This document shows, piece by piece, positions 39,636 through 48,315 of a stretch of DNA of 64,000 nt. A model generated the notes under the pieces. The model was not told the DNA's origin. It saw only the letters and a list, made by a program, of their open reading frames with translations, and did no database searches. The DNA lies in contig JBBRTD010000002.1 of the NCBI GenBank assembly GCA_038244685.1, positions 2,924 through 66,923 of the forward strand, read 5' to 3'. Origin of the DNA: Minisyncoccia bacterium (GTDB lineage: Bacteria; Patescibacteriota; Minisyncoccia; Phycocordibacterales; UBA9973). How positions within the stretch are numbered: position 1 is the stretch's first letter; each line of letters starts with the position of its first letter. The position numbers and the translations under genes are program-made.

Positions 39636-39908
39636 ATGAAAAACTTTCTAAAAAGAACTTTATTTAAAATGGCTGACATTACTAATTGTGGCACCCCAAA
39701 TATAAAAATAGAAAAAGCCACGATTAAAGAAATATATGATGAAGTCATTTCTGATGTCCCATATTTAATAAAAATATCTCCAGCCTATATCCAAAGAAGG
39801 TATAAGGTTAATTATGAAATTGCATCACAGGTTATGGATTTACTTGAAGCCAATGGTTTTATAGGTCCAGCAGACGGAGCTAAACCTAGAGATATTATTA
39901 AAAGATAG
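39636..39908 (+). CDS. Stand-alone FtsK gamma (winged-helix) domain protein
   Basis: SPAYIQRRYKVNYEIASQVMDLLEANGFIGPADGAKPRDI matches the S..LQRR..IGY.RA..D.LE..G.VGP..G.KPREV pattern. Confidence 0.85.
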   Translation: MKNFLKRTLFKMADITNCGTPNIKIEKATIKEIYDEVISDVPYLIKISPAYIQRRYKVNYEIASQVMDLLEANGFIGPADGAKPRDIIKR

Positions 39909-39910
39909 AT

Positions 39911-40198
39911 ATGATTACTGATATCAAAAAACCAAAAAATAATATAGATATTGCTACCTTAATCAATCCTAGTTTAATTTGGAATGTAATTCTTTTTAAT
40001 TGTAACTGCCACACATTTGATACTGTAATTGAAGAACTGATGGAATCACTTGGTTGTTCTTATGCGAAGGCTTCTCAGTTTGCAAATGTTGCGGACCAGC
40101 TTGGCAGTGTCAAAATTTATGAAGGAGATAAGAAAAATTCTGAACGTATTGCTGATACATTAGGAAGAGCTGGTTTGATTGTGAAATTAAATCAATAA
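39911..40198 (+). CDS. ClpS-like adaptor protein
   Basis: WNVILFNCNCHTFDTVIEEL...S..KA......G...IY.G....E pattern of the ClpS core. Confidence 0.75.
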   Translation: MITDIKKPKNNIDIATLINPSLIWNVILFNCNCHTFDTVIEELMESLGCSYAKASQFANVADQLGSVKIYEGDKKNSERIADTLGRAGLIVKLNQ

Positions 40199-40203
40199 AT
40201 AAT

Positions 40204-40770
40204 ATGACTAAAAAAAGTTTAAAAGAATATTTTGATTTGGCCAAAGAACTAGAAAATAGTGGTCATGTTATTGATTCAGATTTTTTAAAAGAAAAATTAG
40301 GAGTTTCAGTTTGTAGAGCCAGTTGTTTGTTTTTTATGCTCCACAAAGGTGGATATTATAAAGATTTAGAACCACTTTCAGAGTTAAAAGAAATTCCTAA
40401 TTTAAAAGGTAAAAAAGAAGGTAAAAATAAATTTATAATTTTTACAGAAGATATGCCCCCTTATAAAGCGAATATATACTATGATGAAGAAATTTCTGAA
40501 GTAGACAAAAAACAATATGTTTCAATAGGAGTAGCTAGGGATATTAGTTTTGAAGATGTAAGACAAATAATCATATCTATTTACTGGGGCCTTAGTGAAA
40601 TTATAAAACAAACAAAAAATCATTTTATTAAGGAGCTTGAGTGTGGAAATGCTCAGTATTTCAAAGATTTTTATAAAGAGAAAGATAAAAAATATATTTT
40701 AAAGGATTTGAAAAAGACGAAATTTAAAGATATTCAAATTAAGTCAATTCTAAAATTACTAGAAATATGA
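40204..40770 (+). CDS. Hypothetical protein with a possible N-terminal wHTH
   Basis: IDSDFLKEKLGVSVCRASCLFFMLHKGG resembles an FtsK-gamma-like helix pattern; the remainder is unrecognised. Confidence 0.6.
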   Translation: MTKKSLKEYFDLAKELENSGHVIDSDFLKEKLGVSVCRASCLFFMLHKGGYYKDLEPLSELKEIPNLKGKKEGKNKFIIFTEDMPPYKANIYYDEEISEVDKKQYVSIGVARDISFEDVRQIIISIYWGLSEIIKQTKNHFIKELECGNAQYFKDFYKEKDKKYILKDLKKTKFKDIQIKSILKLLEI

Positions 40771-40798
40771 TATAGTTTAATTACAACTAAATAGTTAG

Positions 40799-40911
40799 AT
40801 ATCAGGAGTATGGCGAGAGCACTGGCTCAACGACCCATCAGCAACCCTTAGAGATAAGAAGGTGCTAAATCCAGCCAGATGATACACAAGTATTATCATG
40901 GAAAGATAAGA
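40799..40911 (+). promoter_or_regulatory. SAM-I (S-box) riboswitch aptamer
   Basis: ATCAGGAG...GAGAGCACTGGCTC..GAC..CAGCAACC...AAGGTGCTAAATCCAGC...GAAAGATAAG follows the SAM-I consensus, directly upstream of metK. Confidence 0.9.
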
Positions 40912-40922
40912 CTAGTCATCTG

Positions 40923-40951
40923 TATCTTTCCTCTTATTAGAGGAATTTTTT
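40923..40951 (+). terminator. Riboswitch expression platform (terminator/antiterminator)
   Basis: TTCCTCT-TATT-AGAGGAA plus a T tract; TATCTTTCC (40923-40931) can alternatively pair with GGAAAGATA (40900-40908). Confidence 0.85.
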
Positions 40952-40966
40952 AATTTAATAACGTAT

Positions 40967-41932
40967 ATGAAAAAGACAGCAGAGTGTGTGAGTCCTATGC
41001 ATCCAGATAAGATCTGTGACTATATTGCAGATTGCATTTTAGATGCATATTTAGAAGGTGATAAAGAAAGTCGTTGTGCCATAGAAGTAATGGGAGGGCA
41101 CGGATTAATAACTATAAACGGGGAAGTAACCTCAAAAGCTAATCCAGATATAGAAAAAGTTGTACAAGGTTTAGTTGGGACCAACTTTAAAATAATTTCT
41201 AATATTGTTTTACAGAGCCCACAAATTGCTCAAGGTGTTGATATTGGTGGTGCTGGTGATCAAGGAATAATGAAAGGTTATGCTACTAACGAAACACCAG
41301 ACTTGTTACCACTTGAATATGTATGGGCGAGAAGTTTATGTAATTATATTTACAAGAAGCATCCATATGATGGGAAGACTCAAGTTACTATTATTGATGG
41401 ACGTATAGATACTATCGTTGCAAGTTTTCAAAATGTTTCAAAAGAAGTACTCCATAGTCTAGTTCTTGATTGGTATGGTGAGTATGCTGCACAATCTAGA
41501 AAGATATTCCAATTTAATATTTTTGTTAATCCTGCTGGGGATTGGACTCAGGGAGGATTTGATGCGGATACTGGATTATCTGGAAGGAAACTTATTATAG
41601 ATAACTATGGACCAGAAATAACTATCGGTGGAGGTTCTTTCTCTGGTAAGGATTATACAAAGGTGGACCGCTCAGGTGCATATATGGCAAGAAAGATTGC
41701 TGTTGATTTATTAAAGAAACATAATGCAAAAGAAGTTTATACAAAACTTGCATATGCTATTGGTCAACCAGAACCAGTAATGGCTGTAGCAGTTATAGAT
41801 GGAGTTGAAAGTGAAATTACTGGTTATGACTTAACTCCAAGAGGAATATATAAACATTTAAAATTAGATCAAGTTGAATTTAAAAAAACTTGTAACTGGG
41901 GTCACTTTGGAAGAGATTTTGAATGGGAGTAG
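40967..41932 (+). CDS. metK: S-adenosylmethionine synthetase (compact, 321 aa)
   Basis: HPDKICD, GAGDQG, DGKTQ, DTGLSGRK, GGGSFSGKD and KVDRSGAY motifs. Confidence 0.96.
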   Translation: MKKTAECVSPMHPDKICDYIADCILDAYLEGDKESRCAIEVMGGHGLITINGEVTSKANPDIEKVVQGLVGTNFKIISNIVLQSPQIAQGVDIGGAGDQGIMKGYATNETPDLLPLEYVWARSLCNYIYKKHPYDGKTQVTIIDGRIDTIVASFQNVSKEVLHSLVLDWYGEYAAQSRKIFQFNIFVNPAGDWTQGGFDADTGLSGRKLIIDNYGPEITIGGGSFSGKDYTKVDRSGAYMARKIAVDLLKKHNAKEVYTKLAYAIGQPEPVMAVAVIDGVESEITGYDLTPRGIYKHLKLDQVEFKKTCNWGHFGRDFEWE

Positions 41933-41947
41933 ATTATCAAATTTCCT

Positions 41948-41989
41948 TAAAATCTGTTATATTCAACTCATGTCACTATCAATCGGAAT
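41948..41989 (+). repeat. attR-like copy providing the ychF promoter and start
   Basis: TAAAATCTGTTATATTCAActcATGTCACTATCAATCGGAAT. Confidence 0.9.
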
Positions 41990-43082
41990 CGTAGGATTAC
42001 CAAATGTCGGGAAATCGACACTATTTAACGCTCTTACAAAGAAGGGTGTGCCTTGTGAGAACTATCCTTTTTGTACCATAGACCCATCTGTTGGGGTTGT
42101 GGCTGTTCCCGATGAAAGAATATGGAAACTAAGTGAATTCTCTAAATCAGCTAAAACTATACCTGCTGTTATTGAATTTGTTGATATTGCTGGTCTTGTT
42201 AAGGGTGCCTCAGAAGGTGAAGGTCTTGGAAATAAATTTTTAGCAAATATTCGTGAAGTTGATGCCATATTTGAAATGGTCCGTATTTTCCCACTAAAGA
42301 GTGATAAAGGGAACGAAATTCTTCATGTCATGGGAGATATTGATCCACTTCGAGATATAGAAATAATAAATTTAGAGTTGATACTTGCTGATTTAGAAAC
42401 TGTTGTAAAAAGGAAAAATAACATTGCTAAAGATGTCCGAAAAGGAGATAAGGAATTTATCATTGAAGATGAAGCACTTGCAAAACTTATACCAGTTCTT
42501 GAAAAAGGAATGCTTGCCAATACTGTCGACTTTACAGAAAAGGAAGTTGAGAAAATAAAAATGCTCGGTCTCTTAAGTATGAAGCCATTTATTTATGGAC
42601 TTAATAAAAGAGCAGGATCAGATAATTTAGATACAGAAAATCCTGAAATTTTTAAAGAACTTACAGATTATATAGAAAGTATGGGTTCACGCTATGTTGT
42701 AATAGACGCAAAAGTTGAAGATGAATTAAAAGATTTCGAAGGTGAAGAAAAAGAGATGTTCCGCAAGGAATTAGGTGGAGAAGATGATGGAATAAATAAT
42801 CTAATAACTGAAGGGTATAAACTTTTAGGTCTCGACACCTATTTTACAACAGGAGAGGATGAGACTAGAGCTTGGACAATTAAAAAAGGTAGCACAGCGC
42901 CTGTGGCAGGAATGGCCATTCATACAGATTTCAAAGATAAATTTATTCGGGCTGAAGTTGTATTCTGGAAAGATTTACTTGAATCTGGAAGTTATGGAGA
43001 GGCTCGCTCAAAAGGAAAAGTGAAAACCGAAGGGAAGGAATATATAGTAAAAAATGGAGATGTAATTGAATTTAAGATTTAA
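41970..43082 (+). CDS. ychF: Redox-regulated ATPase YchF (start at 41970)
   Basis: GIVGLPNVGKST, NYPFCTIDP, DIAGLV, GLGNKFL and EGKEYIVKNGD motifs. Confidence 0.97.
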   Translation: MSLSIGIVGLPNVGKSTLFNALTKKGVPCENYPFCTIDPSVGVVAVPDERIWKLSEFSKSAKTIPAVIEFVDIAGLVKGASEGEGLGNKFLANIREVDAIFEMVRIFPLKSDKGNEILHVMGDIDPLRDIEIINLELILADLETVVKRKNNIAKDVRKGDKEFIIEDEALAKLIPVLEKGMLANTVDFTEKEVEKIKMLGLLSMKPFIYGLNKRAGSDNLDTENPEIFKELTDYIESMGSRYVVIDAKVEDELKDFEGEEKEMFRKELGGEDDGINNLITEGYKLLGLDTYFTTGEDETRAWTIKKGSTAPVAGMAIHTDFKDKFIRAEVVFWKDLLESGSYGEARSKGKVKTEGKEYIVKNGDVIEFKI

Positions 43083-43087
43083 AATAT

Positions 43088-43693
43088 ATGAAATACAAAG
43101 TCATAGGTTTTGACTATAGCGGAGTTATAACAGAATCTTCTGGTTCTGATTTTACTCTAAATACCTGTAGGATTTTAAATATAGACGAGGAAACATTTTT
43201 TGGTATTTATCTTAAAAATAATTACTTATTAAATACAACAGATATTGATAGTAAGGATTTTTGGAGAAAATTACTCAAAGAATGGAGTAGAGAGAATAAA
43301 GAAAAAGAATTTTTTGAATTTATAGATTCCTCAAAGTCAGATACAAAATTTAACTATGAATTATTAGATTATATTAAAGAATTAAAAAATTTCGGCTATA
43401 AGGTGGCACTTTTAAGTAATAATTCTTCTAAATTAAATAATACTCTGAAGGAGGCAGGAATTGATGTATTGTTTGATTTGATATTAATATCAGGAGATGT
43501 TGGCTGTATGAAGCCTAATGTAGAAATATTTCAAATGTTGTGTGATAAGTTAGAAATTAACCCGAAAGAATTAGTTTTTGTGGATGATTTTGAAAAGAAT
43601 TTTATTAATTCGGATGAAGTTGGTTTTACTCCCGTTTTGTTTAAAGGTAACAAAGAATTAAAAGATAAATTTAAGGAACTAGATATAATTTAA
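43088..43693 (+). CDS. HAD-family hydrolase
   Basis: FDYSGV, LSNN, KP and FVDD motifs. Confidence 0.88.
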   Translation: MKYKVIGFDYSGVITESSGSDFTLNTCRILNIDEETFFGIYLKNNYLLNTTDIDSKDFWRKLLKEWSRENKEKEFFEFIDSSKSDTKFNYELLDYIKELKNFGYKVALLSNNSSKLNNTLKEAGIDVLFDLILISGDVGCMKPNVEIFQMLCDKLEINPKELVFVDDFEKNFINSDEVGFTPVLFKGNKELKDKFKELDII

Positions 43694-43695
43694 TC

Positions 43696-44259
43696 ATGCA
43701 ATCCGATTGGCAAAAAGCAAAAAAGATTTTAGAAAATGAAGGAGTCGTAATACTTCCTACTGATACTTTGTATGGAATTGTCGCCAGTGTAGATTCTAAA
43801 AAAGCCATAGATAAAATATATAAGATAAAAGAGCGTGATAAAAGTAAGCCGTTTATCGTTTTAATTTCATCGGTTAAAGATCTGGAAAAATTTAATATTA
43901 AAGGCGAATTTTCAAAAATATTTATTCCTAAAGTTAGCGTCCTTTTACCCTGCAAACAAGCCTCATTTAAATATATTCATCGTGGAACAGGCGAGATAGC
44001 CTTTCGTCTTGTGGGGAATAAGAATAAGAATTTATTTAATTTAATTAAAAAAGTTGGTCCTATTGTAGCTCCAAGTGCAAATAAAGAGAGTCTTAAGCCA
44101 GCCGAAACCATTAAAGATGCCAAGGATTATTTTGGATTAGATGTTGATTTCTATATAAATGGCGGAAAAAAAGTAGGGGAACCTTCTACTTTAATAAGGG
44201 TGAAAGATGGGGCTATTGAAATATTAAGACAAGGGAGGGTAAAAATAAATAAGAAATAA
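43696..44259 (+). CDS. tsaC: L-threonylcarbamoyladenylate synthase (Sua5/YrdC)
   Basis: PTDTLYG, K.R...KP, APSAN, PST and ILRQG motifs. Confidence 0.92.
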   Translation: MQSDWQKAKKILENEGVVILPTDTLYGIVASVDSKKAIDKIYKIKERDKSKPFIVLISSVKDLEKFNIKGEFSKIFIPKVSVLLPCKQASFKYIHRGTGEIAFRLVGNKNKNLFNLIKKVGPIVAPSANKESLKPAETIKDAKDYFGLDVDFYINGGKKVGEPSTLIRVKDGAIEILRQGRVKINKK

Positions 44260-44263
44260 AAAA

Positions 44264-44327
44264 CAGAGGTTGCTTAGACGTCCAACGTCGACGTAAGACG
44301 TTGTACGTCTTGGATTTGCAACCTCTG
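44264..44327. repeat. Terminator-like hairpin with a 35-bp palindromic element nested in its loop
   Basis: CAGAGGTTGC / GCAACCTCTG arms enclose AGACGTCCAAC-N13-GTTGTACGTCT (44276-44310). Confidence 0.8.
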
Positions 44328-44332
44328 ATTTT

Positions 44333-44866
44333 TTATTTCTTATTAAGCTCTCTGTTTCTGTGTTCTTCTTGTTGTTTTTTAAGTTCAATTACTTCTTCTA
44401 TCAGTTTGCCCATTGTATCTTCGATTCGAGTTAATATTTCTTCGTCTTTTTTATCTTCTTTTTCTTCTTCCTCATCATCTTCTTGAATATCTTCCACATC
44501 TTCCTGAATCTCATCAACATCTTTTTGAATATCTTCCACATCTTCCTGAATCTCATCAACATCTTTTTGAATTTCCTCGACATCTTCAGCAATCTCATCA
44601 ACATCACGAGCCACAGCATGGAGCCTTCTGGCTTGACGGTTTACAGACATTTGGATAAATATGGATAGATAAATTGCTTCGAGTGAGACTATTGTTGTAA
44701 CTACAAGTAATATCTCTTCAAATGGTATACCAAAAAAATACAATACAAATGATCCAATGAATAATAATGTATGGATAAGTAGAGATTCAGTCGAGCCGAT
44801 GGAGCGAGTTGCTCTTAGTGCTATTTTTTCAATTGAATCTAGAGATTTTTTCTTTAATTGCTTCAT
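44333..44866 (-). CDS. DUF1003-like membrane protein with an acidic heptad-repeat coiled coil
   Basis: IGST..L..HT, TTIVSLEAIYLSIFIQMSVN, then repeats of (E/D)IQ(K/E)DV. Confidence 0.78.
   Translation of the reverse strand: MKQLKKKSLDSIEKIALRATRSIGSTESLLIHTLLFIGSFVLYFFGIPFEEILLVVTTIVSLEAIYLSIFIQMSVNRQARRLHAVARDVDEIAEDVEEIQKDVDEIQEDVEDIQKDVDEIQEDVEDIQEDDEEEEKEDKKDEEILTRIEDTMGKLIEEVIELKKQQEEHRNRELNKK
44483..44572. repeat. 42-bp perfect tandem repeat (2 copies plus a partial) in coding sequence
   Basis: TTGAATATCTTCCACATCTTCCTGAATCTCATCAACATCTTT at 44483 and 44525. Confidence 0.9.
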
Positions 44867-44914
44867 AATTCCAGGTTTTATTATACACTACATTTCTGGT
44901 ATAATACAACCATT

Positions 44915-45934
44915 ATGGAAACATCAACACAAACGCAATCGTTAACACCTAGGTTCTTCTTTATTTCATTGGGGGTTATTATTTCTCTTATTACCAGTGC
45001 CTCATCTTTTTTAGTTTTATTTTTTGAGACATTAAATAAAAAGTTTCCAGACGCATTAAATTCTACTTATCAGTATGGATATAATTCATACGATTTTGAA
45101 AGTATTCGAGGTACACTCGCTACTCTTATAATCTTTTTTCCAGTATTTCTACTTTTGTCATATTTCTGGAGAAAATTATCGAAAAATCAACTTGGAGTAA
45201 AAGATACTATTATTTTTAAATGGATGATATATTTGGTTCTTTTCCTGACTAGTCTTCTTACTGTTATTGACTTAGTGACGCTTGTTAGATATTTTGTTTC
45301 AGGAGAAATAACTTCTCGTTTTATATTTAAAGTAATAGGGACAGCAATAATTGCTATTCTAATTGGTTTTAATTATTATTACGAATTAAAAAACCATAAT
45401 AATGAATTAAATAAAAATAAAATTTCTTTGCTCTGTACAATAAAGTCTATTATTATATTTTTTGCATTAATTATTTGGAGTTTTACGGTCATGGGGAGTC
45501 CTAAAGAGCAGCGTGCATGGCGCTTAGATGAAACAAGAACAAATGATTTACAGAATATTCAAAGTCAGGTAATAAATTATTGGCAACAGAAAGATAAATT
45601 GCCAGTCCTTCTAACTGATATATCAAATCCAATTTCTAATTATTCAATTCCAGCTGATCCGGAATTTGATAAAGGTAGAGTTTATGAATATATACCTAAA
45701 GATAAATTATCTTTCGAGCTGTGTGCTACCTTTACTTCAGATATGCCTAAGGGATTAAGAGAATCAAATTATTCTAATGTTAGTGGTCCAATGTATGCAG
45801 GGGGCGATATAAAGACAACCGTCGCAATTCCAGCTTATCCAAGCGGCATAAATGATTCTTGGAATCACAAAATAGGTAGAACTTGTTTCTCTCGTACTAT
45901 CGATAAAGATTTATATCCACCAATTAAGAAATAA
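44915..45934 (+). CDS. DUF5671-like membrane protein
   Basis: Five TMs, GEITSRF, GSP..QR..RLD..R..DL..IQ and FELCATF; start at 44915. Confidence 0.75.
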   Translation: METSTQTQSLTPRFFFISLGVIISLITSASSFLVLFFETLNKKFPDALNSTYQYGYNSYDFESIRGTLATLIIFFPVFLLLSYFWRKLSKNQLGVKDTIIFKWMIYLVLFLTSLLTVIDLVTLVRYFVSGEITSRFIFKVIGTAIIAILIGFNYYYELKNHNNELNKNKISLLCTIKSIIIFFALIIWSFTVMGSPKEQRAWRLDETRTNDLQNIQSQVINYWQQKDKLPVLLTDISNPISNYSIPADPEFDKGRVYEYIPKDKLSFELCATFTSDMPKGLRESNYSNVSGPMYAGGDIKTTVAIPAYPSGINDSWNHKIGRTCFSRTIDKDLYPPIKK

Positions 45935-45942
45935 AATAAACA

Positions 45943-48261
45943 ATGAAAAATTACGATCATAAAAAAATAGAAAAAAAATGGCAAGGGGAGTGGGATAAGA
46001 GTAAAATTTATGAAGCTAAAACAGGAGCAAAAGGAAAGAGATTTTATGGACTTATAGAATTTCCTTATCCATCAGGAGCAGGTCTTCATGTCGGTCATAT
46101 ACGTAGTAATACAGCCATGGATATCATTACACGTAAGCGTCGTATGGAAGGTTATAACGTTCTTTATCCTATTGGTTGGGATGCTTTCGGTTTGCCGACG
46201 GAGAACTATGCTATTAAAACTGGCATTCAACCGGCAAAAGTTACAAAAATAAATACTGATACATTCCGTAAACAATTAAAATCTGTTGGTTTTGGTTTTG
46301 ATTGGTCAAAAGAAATAGATACGACAAATCCCGCATATTATAAATGGACTCAATGGATATTTTTACAAATGTTCAAAAAAGGCCTAGCTTATAAAACAAA
46401 AACTGAAATCAATTGGTGTCCATCTTGTAAGATTGGTCTTGCTAACGAAGAAGTTGTAGGAGGTTTGTGTGATCGTTGTGGCGGTCCGACCGGTAAAAAA
46501 GAAAAGGAGCAGTGGATGCTTGCTATTACAAAATACGCAGATAGACTAGATAAAGATTTAGATGAAGTAAATTATTTAGAAAAAATAAAAATACAACAAA
46601 GGAATTGGATAGGCAAAAGTGAAGGCAGTGAAATTGAATTTAATATTCAAGATTCAAGTGAAAAAATTAAAGTCTTTACTACAAGAGCTGATACTATTTT
46701 GGGTGCTACATATACAGTGCTTGCCCCTGATCATGAATTAGTAAATAAATTAAAATCACAAATTACGAATTGGATAGAAGTTGAAAATTATATTAAAGAA
46801 GTTAAGGATAAGCCGGAGATTGAAAGAACAGCAGAAGATAAAATAAAAACTGGAGTTGAATTAAAGGGAGTAGTGGCAATTAATCCTGCCAATAAAAAAG
46901 AAATTTCTATTTGGATTGCGGATTATGTACTTTCTACTTATGGAACAGGAGCAATAATGGCCGTACCTATGCATGATGAAAGGGATAGAGAGTTTGCTCT
47001 TAAATTTAATTTGCCAATTTTAGATGAGCCATTTATTGATGCAAAAGAAATAACAGAAAAAGTAGGAGGAAAGATTGTTACAAAATATAAACTTCGTGAT
47101 TGGGTCTTTTCAAGACAAAGATATTGGGGTGAGCCAATTCCAATAATCCATTGTGAAAATTGTGGCTATGTTCCAGTTCCAGAGAAAGACCTTCCTGTAA
47201 TTTTACCGAAAGTTAAATCTTATACACCAACCGATAATGGTGAATCACCACTAGCTTCTATTTCAAAGTGGGTAAATACTACATGCCCTAAGTGTAAAGG
47301 TAAGGCAAAAAGAGAAACCGATACAATGCCAAACTGGGCTGGAAGCTCATGGTATTTTTTACGCTATACAGACCCAAAAAATAATAAAGAACTTGCTTCT
47401 AAAAAAGCATTGTCATATTGGATGAAGGAAGGAGTTGATTGGTATAATGGTGGTATGGAGCATACGACTCTTCACCTTCTGTATTCTCGTTTCTGGCATA
47501 AATTCTTATATGATATCAAGGTTGTTCCTACGAGTGAACCTTATATGAAGAGAACTTCTCACGGAATGATATTAGCTGAAGGTGGTGTAAAAATGTCTAA
47601 ATCAATAGGGAATACCATAGACCCAAAAGACATAGTCTCTTCTTACGGAGCAGATACTTTGCGTATATATGAAATGTTTATGGGTCCATTCGATCAGGCT
47701 GTAACTTGGTCTACAGAAAGCATTATTGGATCACGTCGTTTTTTGGATAAAATTTGGAGAATCGGGGAATCAAAAATTTCTGACGATGTTAAATTGAATA
47801 AAGATTTCCAGACCTTGCTCCATAAAACTATAAAGAAAATTTCAAGTGATATTGAAACAATGAGTTTTAATACGGCTATTTCTTCGATGATGGTTTTCGT
47901 GAATGAAATGGAAAGAATAGAGTCTATAAGCAAGAGCGATTTTAAAATGTTTCTTCAGATTCTTGCTCCTTTTGCTCCGCACCTTACAGAAGAGCTTTGG
48001 AATCATACTGGAGAAAAATCATCGATTCATAAAAGTTCTTGGCCTAAATACAATCCAAAGAAAATAATCGAAGATACAATTAAAATTGCTGTCCAGATAA
48101 ATGGTAAAGTGCGTACAGAAATTTTAATCGGGGTGGATTTAAACGAAGAAGAAATTAAATCTCAAGTATTAAAAGATGAAGTATTAATTCCTTGGTTAGA
48201 AAATAAAGAAATTAAGCGCTTTATTTATGTTAAGGGTCGCATTGTGAATATCGTGGTCTAG
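45943..48261 (+). CDS. leuS: Leucine--tRNA ligase
   Basis: FPYPSGAGLHVGH, GWDAFGLP, DWVFSRQRYWGEP and KMSKS motifs. Confidence 0.97.
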   Translation: MKNYDHKKIEKKWQGEWDKSKIYEAKTGAKGKRFYGLIEFPYPSGAGLHVGHIRSNTAMDIITRKRRMEGYNVLYPIGWDAFGLPTENYAIKTGIQPAKVTKINTDTFRKQLKSVGFGFDWSKEIDTTNPAYYKWTQWIFLQMFKKGLAYKTKTEINWCPSCKIGLANEEVVGGLCDRCGGPTGKKEKEQWMLAITKYADRLDKDLDEVNYLEKIKIQQRNWIGKSEGSEIEFNIQDSSEKIKVFTTRADTILGATYTVLAPDHELVNKLKSQITNWIEVENYIKEVKDKPEIERTAEDKIKTGVELKGVVAINPANKKEISIWIADYVLSTYGTGAIMAVPMHDERDREFALKFNLPILDEPFIDAKEITEKVGGKIVTKYKLRDWVFSRQRYWGEPIPIIHCENCGYVPVPEKDLPVILPKVKSYTPTDNGESPLASISKWVNTTCPKCKGKAKRETDTMPNWAGSSWYFLRYTDPKNNKELASKKALSYWMKEGVDWYNGGMEHTTLHLLYSRFWHKFLYDIKVVPTSEPYMKRTSHGMILAEGGVKMSKSIGNTIDPKDIVSSYGADTLRIYEMFMGPFDQAVTWSTESIIGSRRFLDKIWRIGESKISDDVKLNKDFQTLLHKTIKKISSDIETMSFNTAISSMMVFVNEMERIESISKSDFKMFLQILAPFAPHLTEELWNHTGEKSSIHKSSWPKYNPKKIIEDTIKIAVQINGKVRTEILIGVDLNEEEIKSQVLKDEVLIPWLENKEIKRFIYVKGRIVNIVV

Positions 48262-48315
48262 TCTTATTTATTTTTATTAAGTATAATATATTTATTAGTA
48301 ATCATTATCAAAAAT

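Larger units (their letters stand above)
34496..41989. mobile_element. Genomic island inserted at the 5' end of ychF (no integrase seen)
   Basis: 42-bp direct repeat (40/42 identical) at 34496-34537 and 41948-41989 covering the ychF -10 box and first codons; cargo is Type III R-M, four small genes and metK. Confidence 0.8.

Noticed and set aside
41874-41969. YchF extension overlapping metK
   Set aside because: The conserved YchF N-terminus and the -10 box point to ATG 41970.
44301-44945. Several overlapping short ORFs in alternative frames
   Set aside because: Shadow ORFs caused by the low-complexity coding repeat and the palindrome.
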